Shown: positions 21,472 through 31,959 of the stretch, piece by piece
Position numbering within the stretch: position 1 is the stretch's first letter
Layout of the letters: each line of letters begins with the position of its first letter
NCBI GenBank assembly: GCA_963744145.1
Contig: CAVUSO010000001.1
Span: 3,328,001 to 3,392,000, forward strand
Direction of reading: 5' to 3'
Source of the DNA: an uncultured cyanobacterium
GTDB lineage: Bacteria; Cyanobacteriota; Cyanobacteriia; Cyanobacteriales; CAWUOF01
DNA length: 64,000 nt
Program-made: the position numbers and the translations under genes
The notes under the pieces: generated by a model
Seen by the model: the letters and a program-made list of their open reading frames with translations, nothing else
What the model was told of the DNA's origin: nothing
The model's database searches: none

Positions 21472-22218
21472 ATGAATAAGCTGCCACAAATCACAGTATT
21501 ATTTTGGGTGATGAAAATCTGTGCTACTACCTTGGGAGAAACTGGGGAAGATCTTTTATCGATGACGTTAAATATAGGCTATGAGTTTAGTTCGCTGATC
21601 TTAATTAGCATATTTTTAGCTACCCTGGTAACTCAATTAATTTGGAAAAGCTATAACCCATTACTTTATTGGACTGTGATCCTTTCCACTAGCACAGCTG
21701 GGACAACAATGTCAGATTTTATGGATCGGACTTTAGGACTGGGCTACGCTACGGGATCAACAATTTTACTCAGCTTACTCTTAGGGATTTTAGCATTCTG
21801 GCGATTCAGCGTTGGGTCTCTATCTGTTAATCGAGTGGAAACACCAAAAGTGGAACTACTTTATTGGATTACCATCCTAGTTTCTAATACTTTGGGTACT
21901 GCTTTAGGAGACTTTCTCGCTGATTCTTCTGGACTTGGATTTGTCGGAGGAGCGCTGCTAATTTCTGGTTTACTCGCTCTAGTATTAGCAGCATATTATT
22001 TTACTCCAATTTCGACTGTGATGTTGTTTTGGATTGCCTTTGTTTTAACCCGACCATTTGGTGCAACTTTGGGAGATGTTCTGACCAAAGCACATCAACA
22101 AGGTGGTCTAGGTTTTGGAACGATTGGCTCATCAATAGTTCTTTTATCAATCCTGGTAGTCTGTATTATATTCGTTACTTTAAGGGAGAGAAATATTGCC
22201 AGACTCGATCAGAATTAA
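21472..22218 (+). CDS. COG4705/DUF347-family membrane protein
   Basis: FWVMKICATTLGET and LTRPFGA motifs. Confidence 0.85.
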   Translation: MNKLPQITVLFWVMKICATTLGETGEDLLSMTLNIGYEFSSLILISIFLATLVTQLIWKSYNPLLYWTVILSTSTAGTTMSDFMDRTLGLGYATGSTILLSLLLGILAFWRFSVGSLSVNRVETPKVELLYWITILVSNTLGTALGDFLADSSGLGFVGGALLISGLLALVLAAYYFTPISTVMLFWIAFVLTRPFGATLGDVLTKAHQQGGLGFGTIGSSIVLLSILVVCIIFVTLRERNIARLDQN

Positions 22219-22279
22219 TCTGTTTTTTATTCTGGTCATTCGGAGCGCGATCGCGCTCCTGTAATCGATTAGCTTAGAT

Positions 22280-23473
22280 AATAGAGAAATTAAATGCCCA
22301 CACTGTAATAAGATTATAACCGAACTACATCAAAACCGACCAATTCTAATTAGAGATTTATCAGTTTTTGGTAAACCAGTATATTTGAAAGTACCACGGC
22401 GTCGATTCTATTGTCGTAAATGTCAACGTTATTCAACCGAAAAGCTGGATTGGTTAGATTGGGGACGCCGACATACTCAAAGATATGAAGCTAATATTTT
22501 TGAGAGAGTTAAAGGAGCAAGTATTTCTAGAGTAGCGTCGGAAGAAGGACTAAGTTTTGATGAAATTGAAGGGATATTTAAACAGGTCAGTAAAGCGAAA
22601 ATAAAACCAGACTGGGAACCAGTAAACCGAATCAGCATAGATGAAATTGCCATGCGGAAAGGGCAGAAAAGTTTTCAAACAGTAGTCAGTAATTTAGAAA
22701 GAGGAAAACTGAGCCGTAGGGGCGTATTGCAATACGCCCCTACTGATGGTCATAATCAAGAATCAATTGTTGAAAAGCTGATGCAGCAATCATTAGAGAT
22801 TAGAGAAATGGTGAAGGGGCGTATTGCAATACGCCCGTACATAGATATGTGGGGAGGATTTGCAAAAATTATCCCACAAATCTGCCCAAATGCTCGAATA
22901 GTTACTGATAGATTTCATGTCATGAAACCATTAATTAATGAACTCAAAAGAATTGCTAATCAGGTGGGAATTAAAACCTGGAAAGAGCTAGCATTAATTC
23001 TCAAAAATAACGAGCAATTAAACGCAAGAGAACTAGAAGAATTAGAGAAACTATTAAAGAAATCAAAACCTCTGAGAATAGCTTATGATTATAAAGAGGA
23101 ATTTCGTCAAAAATAGGTCGATACTAAAACGGTGGAAAAGGGGAAAGAGTTATTTACTAAATGGTTAGAAAAAGCATCTTGTATCTATGGACAAGTAATC
23201 CAAACAATTCAAAATTATTTAGATACAATTTGCAATTATTTTCTGAGCCGTAGTAGTAGTGGAGTGAGGTCAGGAATCAATAACAAAATCAAACAAATAA
23301 AACGTCAAGCCTACGGATTTACTAATTTTGATAATTTTCGTCTCCGACTTTTAGCTGGTTTTATTGATTAAAAAAAGTTTCAATTAGTAAAATATTCAGG
23401 AGCTTGGAGATTTTTTAAATAGTTAGTTTTGTTTGGTATTACATAATTTTATCACCATTAAACCATAAGACCC
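22280..23473 (+). mobile_element. ISL3-family element, 5'-truncated pseudogene with an in-frame stop at 23114 and two REP insertions
   Basis: CPHC, CRKC, SIDE, DMWGGF, DRFHV, GINNKIK..KRQAYG; right end ...CCATAAGACCC. Confidence 0.88.
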
Positions 23474-23902
23474 GTGCAAACTTTAGTTTATAATAATATC
23501 TTTTTGTATCAACATGGGTGTTTAGGGAAAATGATATAATTGCTAGACAATGCTATTATATTAATTTAGTTCTGTGCGATCGCACTTAACAATACCACAA
23601 ATCAAGCTTTTTATTCGTCCGTTTCTGGTTTCTTTTCTATCACTTGCATAGAATTGGTCTCGGCTCTTGCTTCTTCTAAGCTTAATCCTGTTCTGATGAA
23701 ATATAGTTCTAGAGGAGCATTCTTACTATTAGCCATAATTTCCACATATTCTGTATCTAACAAATCAATCTTTTCTATTTGCGCTGCCATTAGATTTTCT
23801 CCAAATATCAAGCTTTCTTCTCAAATTCTTGCTCAAGCTATTTATAATCTCTGCAATCCTATCAAGCATCTCAAAACAGTCGGCGGGCATGCAACAGGAT
23901 TG

Positions 23903-24418
23903 TTAGACCATTGTATTTAGAGCAGGTAGCCAGGGAATATCTGTAACACCTGGTTCATAGCCAAGTTGTTTGATCAGTGTTGTGATCTGTCCTCGATGAT
24001 GGGTTTGATGATTGAACATATGTGTCACCAAAATCCAAGTAGGTAGGACTCGGCGTTTTCCATCTACATTGCTTGTGTACTCAAATGGTTGTCTGAGCCA
24101 CACAGGATCGAGCTTCAGAGACCATTCTAAAATTTGCTGATCTATCTTCTCTCGCTCTACTCTTAGCTCTTCAAAATTCGTATATAGCTCCTGCCCGATC
24201 GCTGCAACGGAGAATGGGTTGTTGGTAAAACGTCCCATCCATGCTTTATCGCCATAAAGTATGTGATTCAATGTTTCATGAATAGACTTAAAGAAGGCAC
24301 CAATATCTTGCTTACGTTTTTCGTTAGGAATTTTTGAACAAACCAAGTATAGATTCTGGTTCATCCAGCAATTGTACTCAGCCATTAGTTGGTAGTAACT
24401 GCCATCATACATACTCAT
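23903..24418 (-). CDS. DinB-family protein
   Basis: YNCWMN, TLNHIL, HMFNHQTHHRGQ motifs. Confidence 0.9.
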   Translation of the reverse strand: MSMYDGSYYQLMAEYNCWMNQNLYLVCSKIPNEKRKQDIGAFFKSIHETLNHILYGDKAWMGRFTNNPFSVAAIGQELYTNFEELRVEREKIDQQILEWSLKLDPVWLRQPFEYTSNVDGKRRVLPTWILVTHMFNHQTHHRGQITTLIKQLGYEPGVTDIPWLPALNTMV

Positions 24419-24462
24419 TGCTATTATCCCAAAACTTTTTATCATCAAGTTTAAAGTTTAAC

Positions 24463-25065
24463 GGGAGCATCCCACTTTTACAATAAGTATTTTTACTTAT
24501 TGTAATGAATAATTAAATACAGGACAATAGAAAAGTACAACAACCAATTAATTGACACCAAAAAATGACACCAGAAGAACAAATGATTATTGAAAAAAAT
24601 TTAGTAGAAGTAGCCGCGATTCTATATAGCTATACACTAGCTGAGGAATTAAGTGACTTTGAACAAGTAGAATTGAGTGTGATCAAACAAATATTGGAAC
24701 AAATAGCACCTCAAATTGGTAATTTTTTTGGCTCTCCTAGACTGAGTATGAAAAATAATGGCTGAAACCTATATATAGCGTAAGATTCACGGCAAAAAGA
24801 ATAGAATTTGATAAATTTATCAAATGTTTTGCGTCAATCTTTTACGTGTAAGTCTTTCAGCTATTTTTAGGGCTAGTTTACCATACCAAGTCTAGGAGAG
24901 CCTTTTTTTTAAACGCAGCAGGAGGGAAGAAAGCCGGACGTTTAAGAACCATTAAAAGTTGTGTAGGGGAAATCTCATTATCAACTCTCACAAGCACAAA
25001 GACTGAAATTAAAGAAAAAAACTCGTTTAAGTCCAGTCTTAGAAAAAAGTTCTTTAATCTTAATC
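24463..25065 (+). mobile_element. ISKra4-family transposase remnant interrupted by a MITE
   Basis: Left end GGGAGCATCCCA; MTPEEQ...AAILY N-terminus; degenerate KSCVGEI...RLSPVLEK continuation after 24902. Confidence 0.7.
24730..24902. mobile_element. 173-bp MITE with GGCTCTCCTAGACT TIRs (ISL3-type ends)
   Basis: Perfect 14-bp TIRs, poly-T on both sides (probable target site duplication). Confidence 0.8.
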
Positions 25066-25080
25066 AGCTTTAGAATCATT

Positions 25081-26180
25081 TATGATGGAAATCAGATAGT
25101 TAAATGATCAAAATATTTGCTATCCTTTATCCCCGACAGGAGAAAATCTCAAATCTTATGACCCGGTTTCCCCACGACCAATTTGCGAAAGAATACCTGA
25201 AAGAATTATTAACCTCATTAGGACAAGTAGAAACCAGCCGTAAAGTAGCTGGAGAAGTCAGGGAAATCGATGTATGGTTTACTCCATCATCAACAACGAA
25301 CCAGGAAGCCCAAACCTTGGGATTACTAGCAAAAATTGCTACCACTCCCGCCATATTTGAACCATTTCGCCATGCAGTCACCAGTCGGCAAATTCGCAGT
25401 TGTATGGGTAAACTGTTTGCGGTGGAAGCCGAACTAGAACGTCAGGCGAAACGAGAAATTACTACTTTTAACGAATCGGCATTACCCAAATTATGGATTT
25501 TCACCCCCACCGCCTCACCACTGTTATTGGAGCAGTTCAGAGCCATTGCCGCTCCGGAAAACTGGCTAGCTGGAGTTTATTTGTTAGCAGAGGGTTTAAA
25601 AACGGCGATCGTCGCCATCCATCAGTTACCACGTACTCCTGAAACCCTATGGCTGAGAATTCTGGGCAAGGGAACAGTGCAAAAACAAGCGATTGAGGAA
25701 TTGACGGCACTGCCAGCAGATAACCGATGGCGAGTAAATACGCTAGAATTATTATACAATCTGCGAGTTATTCTAGAGGCCAATCAAAATTTAGAGCCAG
25801 AAGACAGGGAGTTAATCATGGAATTATCACCACTTTATTTAGAAAGACTTGATACAGCTTTACAATCAGGAATTCAACAAGGAATTCAACAAGGAATTAA
25901 ACAAGGGATTCAACAAGGAGAACGGATTGTGGTGGAAAACTTATTGAGGATTCGCTTTGGTAACTTGGATGATGAATTACAGGGAATTATGGAACCATTG
26001 CTAAAATTAACACCAGAAGAATTCACTCGATTACTGTTGCAATTATCCCGCGATGAACTATTAGCTAGGTTGAGGAGATAGCATCAGAAGTGATTTGATT
26101 AATAATTGTTTTATTCTGACCAGCGCGATCGCCCCTCCATTCACCAACCCGGTGGTTCTAGACAACCGGGTTCTTTAGTG
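25081..26180 (+). repeat. ~1.1 kb direct repeat, copy 1
   Basis: Near-identical to 27357-28470. Confidence 0.9.
25158..26081 (+). CDS. Rpn-like / DUF4351 protein, copy 1
   Basis: HDQFAK, EIDVWF, FEPF, GIQQG repeats, RFG.L C-terminus. Confidence 0.8.
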   Translation: MTRFPHDQFAKEYLKELLTSLGQVETSRKVAGEVREIDVWFTPSSTTNQEAQTLGLLAKIATTPAIFEPFRHAVTSRQIRSCMGKLFAVEAELERQAKREITTFNESALPKLWIFTPTASPLLLEQFRAIAAPENWLAGVYLLAEGLKTAIVAIHQLPRTPETLWLRILGKGTVQKQAIEELTALPADNRWRVNTLELLYNLRVILEANQNLEPEDRELIMELSPLYLERLDTALQSGIQQGIQQGIKQGIQQGERIVVENLLRIRFGNLDDELQGIMEPLLKLTPEEFTRLLLQLSRDELLARLRR

Positions 26181-26328
26181 AGTGCGCTCATCCTGAGCAA
26201 GCAATTATCTCAGGTGCGATCGAACTTTTCATCCCTGTGTATCCGATCAGAAAGAGCGATCGCCTGAAATCGTTACAGCAATTACCTTATGATTGGTCTG
26301 GTAATCGTGTTAGGCTGATGAAAGACTG

Positions 26329-26772
26329 ATGGTAAAACTCTATTATCGAGGCATGGTAGAAGAAAACGGTAAACCTAAAATGGGACGCAGCGCGAGGCTA
26401 CTGGGAGTCAGACCTGGTATTGACATTGATGTTGAGCAAGTACCTAAAGACTGGTTGGATGAACAAGGTTATCTACGACCCGAAGCAGAACGGAAATCTT
26501 CGGAGGAGTCTGTTACTTTAGTCATTAGAAACAAGAAAGGAATGTCGGTGTCTCTTTCGATCGAAGCCTTGCCAGTATTCCGCAAACCCACAAAATTTGG
26601 TGGTATAGGGAAAGATCCTCTTTGGCAGATTGACGCCATAAAGATCGTCGGAGATATTGAAGCTGTGCAGGATAGTCCAACTCATGTCAGTATTTTGCCA
26701 AGTGCTACAATGCTTTTAGAGAAATATGAAGCAGCACTAGCAAAAACACAGCAGGAATGGGAGAAAGTTTGA
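26329..26772 (+). CDS. Tse2-like ADP-ribosyltransferase-fold toxin (putative)
   Basis: YYRG, GMSV, H..I.P...M..EKYEAAL pattern. Confidence 0.6.
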   Translation: MVKLYYRGMVEENGKPKMGRSARLLGVRPGIDIDVEQVPKDWLDEQGYLRPEAERKSSEESVTLVIRNKKGMSVSLSIEALPVFRKPTKFGGIGKDPLWQIDAIKIVGDIEAVQDSPTHVSILPSATMLLEKYEAALAKTQQEWEKV

Positions 26773-26802
26773 TAGTTTAATTTAGTTAACTGGAGAACCG
26801 CA

Positions 26803-27327
26803 ATGGCATGGGTGTTTAGCTTATCGGCAGAATGTGGGACAAAGCTATTTGAAGCAGAACAATTTGCTCAATATTTCAATGAAATTTCCTGGGTTCTTTC
26901 AAATGGTATACACTCCCAATGTCGGGCTGCAATTTTCCAGGATCTAGAAGAAAATTGGTGGTGTCGAGTTTGTCCAAGTGGCATTAGTGAGATTGGGATT
27001 GACCAGACCGAAAGTGCTGATTTAATGACAGAAATAGGTATCTTTTTATATCAGGCTTTGCGTTTGGCTCCACGGTTTCGGTATGCTTTAGTTGGTATAG
27101 AAGTAGATGAGTTTAGAACCTACAGCGAATTGATTGAAGACTCTACTTTGGTTTTCCCAGGATTAGTTTTGAGTGAAAATGTTTGGCAAGCAACTGGATC
27201 ATCTTCAGTTTTTCACTCATTTAGTCTTGGATATGTTTGGAAACCATATCAAGGTGAAGTTGATCGACCACTAATTGCATCACCCGAGCTAAAGAGCAAG
27301 CTTGATGAATTACTGAGTGTGGGGTAA
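26803..27327 (+). CDS. Hypothetical protein, candidate immunity partner
   Basis: Acidic 174 aa ORF 30 bp downstream of the toxin-like gene, with GGAG RBS. Confidence 0.6.
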   Translation: MAWVFSLSAECGTKLFEAEQFAQYFNEISWVLSNGIHSQCRAAIFQDLEENWWCRVCPSGISEIGIDQTESADLMTEIGIFLYQALRLAPRFRYALVGIEVDEFRTYSELIEDSTLVFPGLVLSENVWQATGSSSVFHSFSLGYVWKPYQGEVDRPLIASPELKSKLDELLSVG

Positions 27328-27356
27328 ATCTCTTCATTCATGCGATCGCTCTAGGC

Positions 27357-28470
27357 TATGATGGAGATCAGATAGTTAAATGATCAAAATATTTGCTATC
27401 CTTTATACCCGACAAGAGAAAATCTCAAATCTTATGACCCGGTTTCCCCATGACCAATTTGCGAAAGAATACCTGAAAGAATTATTAACCTCATTAGGAC
27501 AAGTAGAAACCAGCCGTAAAGTAGCTGGAGAAGTCAGGGAAATCGATGTATGGTTTACTCCATCATCAACAACAAACCAGGAAGCCCAAACCTTGGGATT
27601 ACTAGCAAAAATTGCTACCACTCCCGCCATATTTGAACCATTTCGCCATGCAGTCACCAGTCGGCAAATTCGCAGCTGTATGGGTAAACTGTTTGCGGTG
27701 GAAGCCGAACTAGAACGTCAGGCGAAACGAGAAATTACTACTTTTAACGAATCGGCATTACCCAAATTATGGATTTTCACCCCCACCGCCTCACCACTGT
27801 TATTGGAGCAGTTCAGAGCCATTGCCGCTCCGGAAAACTGGCTAGCTGGAGTTTACTTGTTAGCAGAGGGTTTAAAAACGGCGATCGTCGCCATCCATCA
27901 GTTACCACGTACTCCTGAAACCCTATGGCTGAGAATTCTGGGCAAGGGAACAGTGCAAAAACAAGCGATTGAGGAGTTGACGGCACTGCCAGCAGATAAC
28001 CAATGGCGAGTAAATGCGCTAGAGTTATTATACAATCTGCGAATCATTCTAGAAGCCAATCAAAATTTAGAGCCAGAAGACAGGGAGTTAATTATGGAAT
28101 TATCACCACTTTATTTAGAAAGACTTGATACAGCTTTACAATCAGGAATTCAACAAGGAATTCAACAAGGAGTTCAACAAGGAATTCAACAAGGAATTCA
28201 ACAAGGAGAACGGCTTGTGGTGGAAAACTTATTGAGGATTCGCTTTGGTAACTTGGATGATGAATTAGAGGGAATTATGGAACCATTGCTAAAATTAACA
28301 CCAGAGGAATTCACTCGATTGCTGTTGCAATTATCCCGGGATGAACTATTAGCTAGATTTAGCAGATAGCATCAGAAGTGATTTGATTAATAATTGTTTT
28401 TTATTCTGACAGGCGCGATCGCCCCTCCATTCACCAACCCGGTGGTTCTAGACAACCGGGTTCTTTAGTG
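27357..28470 (+). repeat. ~1.1 kb direct repeat, copy 2
   Basis: Near-identical to 25081-26180, with one extra 12-bp GIQQ unit. Confidence 0.9.
27434..28369 (+). CDS. Rpn-like / DUF4351 protein, copy 2
   Basis: Near-identical to copy 1. Confidence 0.8.
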   Translation: MTRFPHDQFAKEYLKELLTSLGQVETSRKVAGEVREIDVWFTPSSTTNQEAQTLGLLAKIATTPAIFEPFRHAVTSRQIRSCMGKLFAVEAELERQAKREITTFNESALPKLWIFTPTASPLLLEQFRAIAAPENWLAGVYLLAEGLKTAIVAIHQLPRTPETLWLRILGKGTVQKQAIEELTALPADNQWRVNALELLYNLRIILEANQNLEPEDRELIMELSPLYLERLDTALQSGIQQGIQQGVQQGIQQGIQQGERLVVENLLRIRFGNLDDELEGIMEPLLKLTPEEFTRLLLQLSRDELLARFSR

Positions 28471-28570
28471 GAGTCCTGTATTAATCAATACTCTCAAACT
28501 TTAGAAGTCAAACTCAATAGCAATCATGCCAAAATAGGAATAACATTAAATCTAAATAGGGGAGAAAAAC

Positions 28571-29842
28571 TTGAAATTACTTTGTATTAGTAATGGTCAT
28601 GGAGAAGATGCGATCGCGATTCGGATTTTGCGGGCACTCCAGCAACAACCAAATCCACCAGAACTAGCAGCTTTACCTATTGTAGGGGAAGGAAGAGCTT
28701 ATGCACAATTAACCAATGTACCGATTATTGGTCCAGTCAGAAAAATGCCTTCTGGTGGATTTATTTATATGGATACAAGTCAGTTGCTCCGAGATGTGCA
28801 AGGAGGTTTATTACAACTCACCTTAGCGCAATTTCGAGTCACACGCAACTGGGTCAAAAATGGTGGAGTGATTTTAGCAGTAGGTGATATTGTCCCCTTA
28901 TTGTTTGCTTGGTTGAGCGGTGCCCGTTATGTTTTTGTGGGTACAGCTAAATCAGAATATTATTTACGAGATGAAGCTGGTAAACTTCCACGTAAATCAG
29001 AAAGAGAAAATTTTGAAGGATGGTCTGGATCGGTTTATTTACCCTGGGAGCGTTGTTTAATGGGTAGTAACCGCTGTCAAGCTGTTTTTCCCAGAGATCG
29101 CTTAACCACGGAAACTTTACAAAAATTCTCGATTCGAGCATTTGATCTGGGCAATCCCATGATGGATGATCTGGGAATAGAAAAGTCTCTGTTCGTTGAC
29201 AAAGACATCGAAAAGAAAGAAAATGTGCGACCGCTAACTGTCACCTTAATTCCTGGTTCCCGGGCACCGGAAGCTTATCAAAATTGGCAACAAATTATCC
29301 GCGCAGTATCTAATTTAATTGAAAATTATACTTCCCCAAATTATCAGGTCAATCCTAGACTATTGTTTTTAGGCGCGATCGCCCCAGGTTTAAGTTTTGA
29401 GCCTCTCTGTCAACAATTAGAACTCTATGATTGGCGAAAATTAGAAAATCCTGACGATTTAATCTTTACTTATAAAAATGCTACTTTAATTCTTAGCCAA
29501 AATCATTTTAGTGAATATTTACAGCGCGGAGATGTCGCGATCGCGATGGCTGGGACAGCGACAGAACAATTTGTGGGTTTGGGTAAACCAGCGATCGCTT
29601 TACCGGGTATGGGACCTCAATTTACTCCTGCATTTGCTGAAGCTCAAAGTCGTCTGCTCGGACCATCTTTAATTCTAGTGGAGCGACCTACCCAAGTTGG
29701 TCAAGTCGTGCAAAGATTATTTAGTGATCCTGATTGGTTATATTTAATCGCTGAAAATGGCTATCGACGGATGGGAACACCGGGAGCATCGGTGCGGATT
29801 GCTAAAAGTATTATGGAAAAATTAGGTGAGATGGTTTGTTGA
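28571..29842 (+). CDS. Lipid-A-disaccharide synthase-related protein (TIGR03492-like)
   Basis: SNGHGED, PGSR, AMAGTATEQ motifs. Confidence 0.85.
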   Translation: MKLLCISNGHGEDAIAIRILRALQQQPNPPELAALPIVGEGRAYAQLTNVPIIGPVRKMPSGGFIYMDTSQLLRDVQGGLLQLTLAQFRVTRNWVKNGGVILAVGDIVPLLFAWLSGARYVFVGTAKSEYYLRDEAGKLPRKSERENFEGWSGSVYLPWERCLMGSNRCQAVFPRDRLTTETLQKFSIRAFDLGNPMMDDLGIEKSLFVDKDIEKKENVRPLTVTLIPGSRAPEAYQNWQQIIRAVSNLIENYTSPNYQVNPRLLFLGAIAPGLSFEPLCQQLELYDWRKLENPDDLIFTYKNATLILSQNHFSEYLQRGDVAIAMAGTATEQFVGLGKPAIALPGMGPQFTPAFAEAQSRLLGPSLILVERPTQVGQVVQRLFSDPDWLYLIAENGYRRMGTPGASVRIAKSIMEKLGEMVC

Positions 29843-29885
29843 CACTCTCAGGTCTAAAGACACGCTCGATGCTGCGATTCAATCA

Positions 29886-30020
29886 GTAATAGACAAGAAA
29901 GCAAAAATAAATAGGACAGGCAAGATGCCTGTCCCACCAGAATAAATAACTTTTGTGGGACAGGCATCTTGCCTGTCAATAACATAGATCAATAAGGACT
30001 TTTGCTTTCTTGTCTAATAC
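29886..30020. repeat. Large palindromic MITE/REPIN between convergent genes
   Basis: Outer IR TAGACAAGAAAGCAAAA/TTTTGCTTTCTTGTCTA enclosing two GACAGGCAAGATGCCTGTC units. Confidence 0.75.
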
Positions 30021-30049
30021 TTCAGGAATTTCCGTAGCTAAAGCTTTCA

Positions 30050-31843
30050 TCAATTCTTGATTTGTTGACTGCCCCTTAGTGGAAAAGCTGTTCCTGTTTC
30101 AGTATCAAAAGCCCAAGCTTTGATATTTACCAATCCTTTTGGTAATTTACTAGCAGAAAAAGACTTTTGCCATCCAGCCATCAAGTATACTTGGTTTTTC
30201 GTTGCATTGACAACATCTGGCCTTTCCACTCTGGCATCAGAAATAGCGAAGATTATATCATAACCTTTCTCTTTTTCATAAGTTAACAACACTGCGTCTG
30301 CTGGTTGTTTTTTTTCTGGTAATCTCGCCCATCCTCCAGCCACATATAAATCTTTGACTTGACTAACTTGATCAAACCAACCATAACCTAAACCATCATT
30401 AATAACAGTATTTGTTCCCTGGATATCTTGGACTTTATTAGAATAGATAAACTTAGCATTGATTAAGTTTTTGTTATGAAATAATTTAGCTCGTTTTTTC
30501 ACAGTTATAAGTCTAGGATATACCTTCTCTGTCAAACATTTTTCATCTACCATTACATTGACAAATGCGAGACAGGTTTTTGCGTTTAAACGTTCCAGTT
30601 TTGTCCAATACATTTGGTTAATTGCAAATACACTTGTGAGGATATGTAAAATTAAAAAGCTTACTAATAACACCCCCACCATAGTTTGAGTAATTACTTT
30701 TTTATTTTTGACTAAATAACCTCTATTTTTTGCATCATCAAAAATAATTGCTATCAATCCAACTAAAGCTAAAGGCAAATATACAGAAAAAGTCATGTAT
30801 CTTGATACAATAGAAGTTTCCACACCAAAACCTACCCTTCCTAAGGAAGTAATTATCCCACTAATGACTGTATAAGAGCCAATTACCAACCAACCACTCA
30901 TGCGATAAATTAAGCTGGATTCCTTAATGTGTTTCAGTAAATAAAAGTAAGATACACAAAATACAATTATTAATACTGTCCCAATTATAATATTAATTAT
31001 TATATCGACTTGCCCATCAAAACTATTTATTCCCCCAGCCAAAGGTGAACCCAAGAAAGAAAGGAAGTAGCGAATTGTGTCAATTGGATTTAATAATGCC
31101 ACTAAAAAACTTGGATGATGGGGAGGTTTTTGGTAATTATAAAAGTATACAGCCATGTTAGCTGTAAATGTAGCAATCCAAGGTATATACAACCATTTTT
31201 CTTTAAGATCTTGCCATCGCCAAGTTTTTGATATAGCTAACAGGGGGAAAATGATTAGCCAACTTAACATTCCATTAGCATAAGAAAAGGTACTAATAGT
31301 ACATAAAATCAAGCATAAAATCACCTTAATTATTATATTAATTTCGGAATAAATAACCATCAAACAAGTTGTAATACAAGCAATTGGCATAAAGACGATT
31401 AATTGAACTCCCCATAACCAGTTGTCATATTGGATTGGGGAAAAAATTAATGAATTACAGATAATTGCTATAAATATTACCTTGATTAAACTATCGTTTA
31501 TTGTCCATTTAATTAATTGAAATACATTAATTGAAACTAGACAAGCTAAAGCTAGACTAACCCACATTTGATATCGTACATCCCATTTCCAATTGTTCAG
31601 AGCAGCCAAACCAACGAAAATAAATTTGGGGAATAGATATCTAGTTTCATTTGCTTGGGCTAGCCAATTTTCTAAAGTTAATCTATATTCAGGATAGGCT
31701 TGATTTAAAAATGAGCCAATCTCCCAATCATCCATAAAAGGGATATTCACGCCATTTTGATAAATTAATATTCCAATTAAAAATGCCGGGATGATTGTCA
31801 ATATAAGCCCTGTAAAAAGCCAGATTTTATGATGCTTATTCAT
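30050..31843 (-). CDS. Polytopic membrane glycosyltransferase-like protein (GT-C/GtrII-like)
   Basis: PFMDDW after TM1, many TM helices, periplasmic C-terminal domain; downstream of a GT2 gene. Confidence 0.6.
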   Translation of the reverse strand: MNKHHKIWLFTGLILTIIPAFLIGILIYQNGVNIPFMDDWEIGSFLNQAYPEYRLTLENWLAQANETRYLFPKFIFVGLAALNNWKWDVRYQMWVSLALACLVSINVFQLIKWTINDSLIKVIFIAIICNSLIFSPIQYDNWLWGVQLIVFMPIACITTCLMVIYSEINIIIKVILCLILCTISTFSYANGMLSWLIIFPLLAISKTWRWQDLKEKWLYIPWIATFTANMAVYFYNYQKPPHHPSFLVALLNPIDTIRYFLSFLGSPLAGGINSFDGQVDIIINIIIGTVLIIVFCVSYFYLLKHIKESSLIYRMSGWLVIGSYTVISGIITSLGRVGFGVETSIVSRYMTFSVYLPLALVGLIAIIFDDAKNRGYLVKNKKVITQTMVGVLLVSFLILHILTSVFAINQMYWTKLERLNAKTCLAFVNVMVDEKCLTEKVYPRLITVKKRAKLFHNKNLINAKFIYSNKVQDIQGTNTVINDGLGYGWFDQVSQVKDLYVAGGWARLPEKKQPADAVLLTYEKEKGYDIIFAISDARVERPDVVNATKNQVYLMAGWQKSFSASKLPKGLVNIKAWAFDTETGTAFPLRGSQQIKN

Positions 31844-31959
31844 AGTTGTTCCTGTTAATCTCACCGTTTAGCCAATTTTTTGCCAAATTCCGAAAATCGA
31901 TTTTCCTAAGAAATATTGTAATATTGGTTCATTTCCCAGGTAAGAGTAGTTTGTTTTGG

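Noticed and set aside
23611..23811. 66-aa ORF downstream of dinB
   Set aside because: It could be real or a fragment, but nothing in the sequence supports a call.
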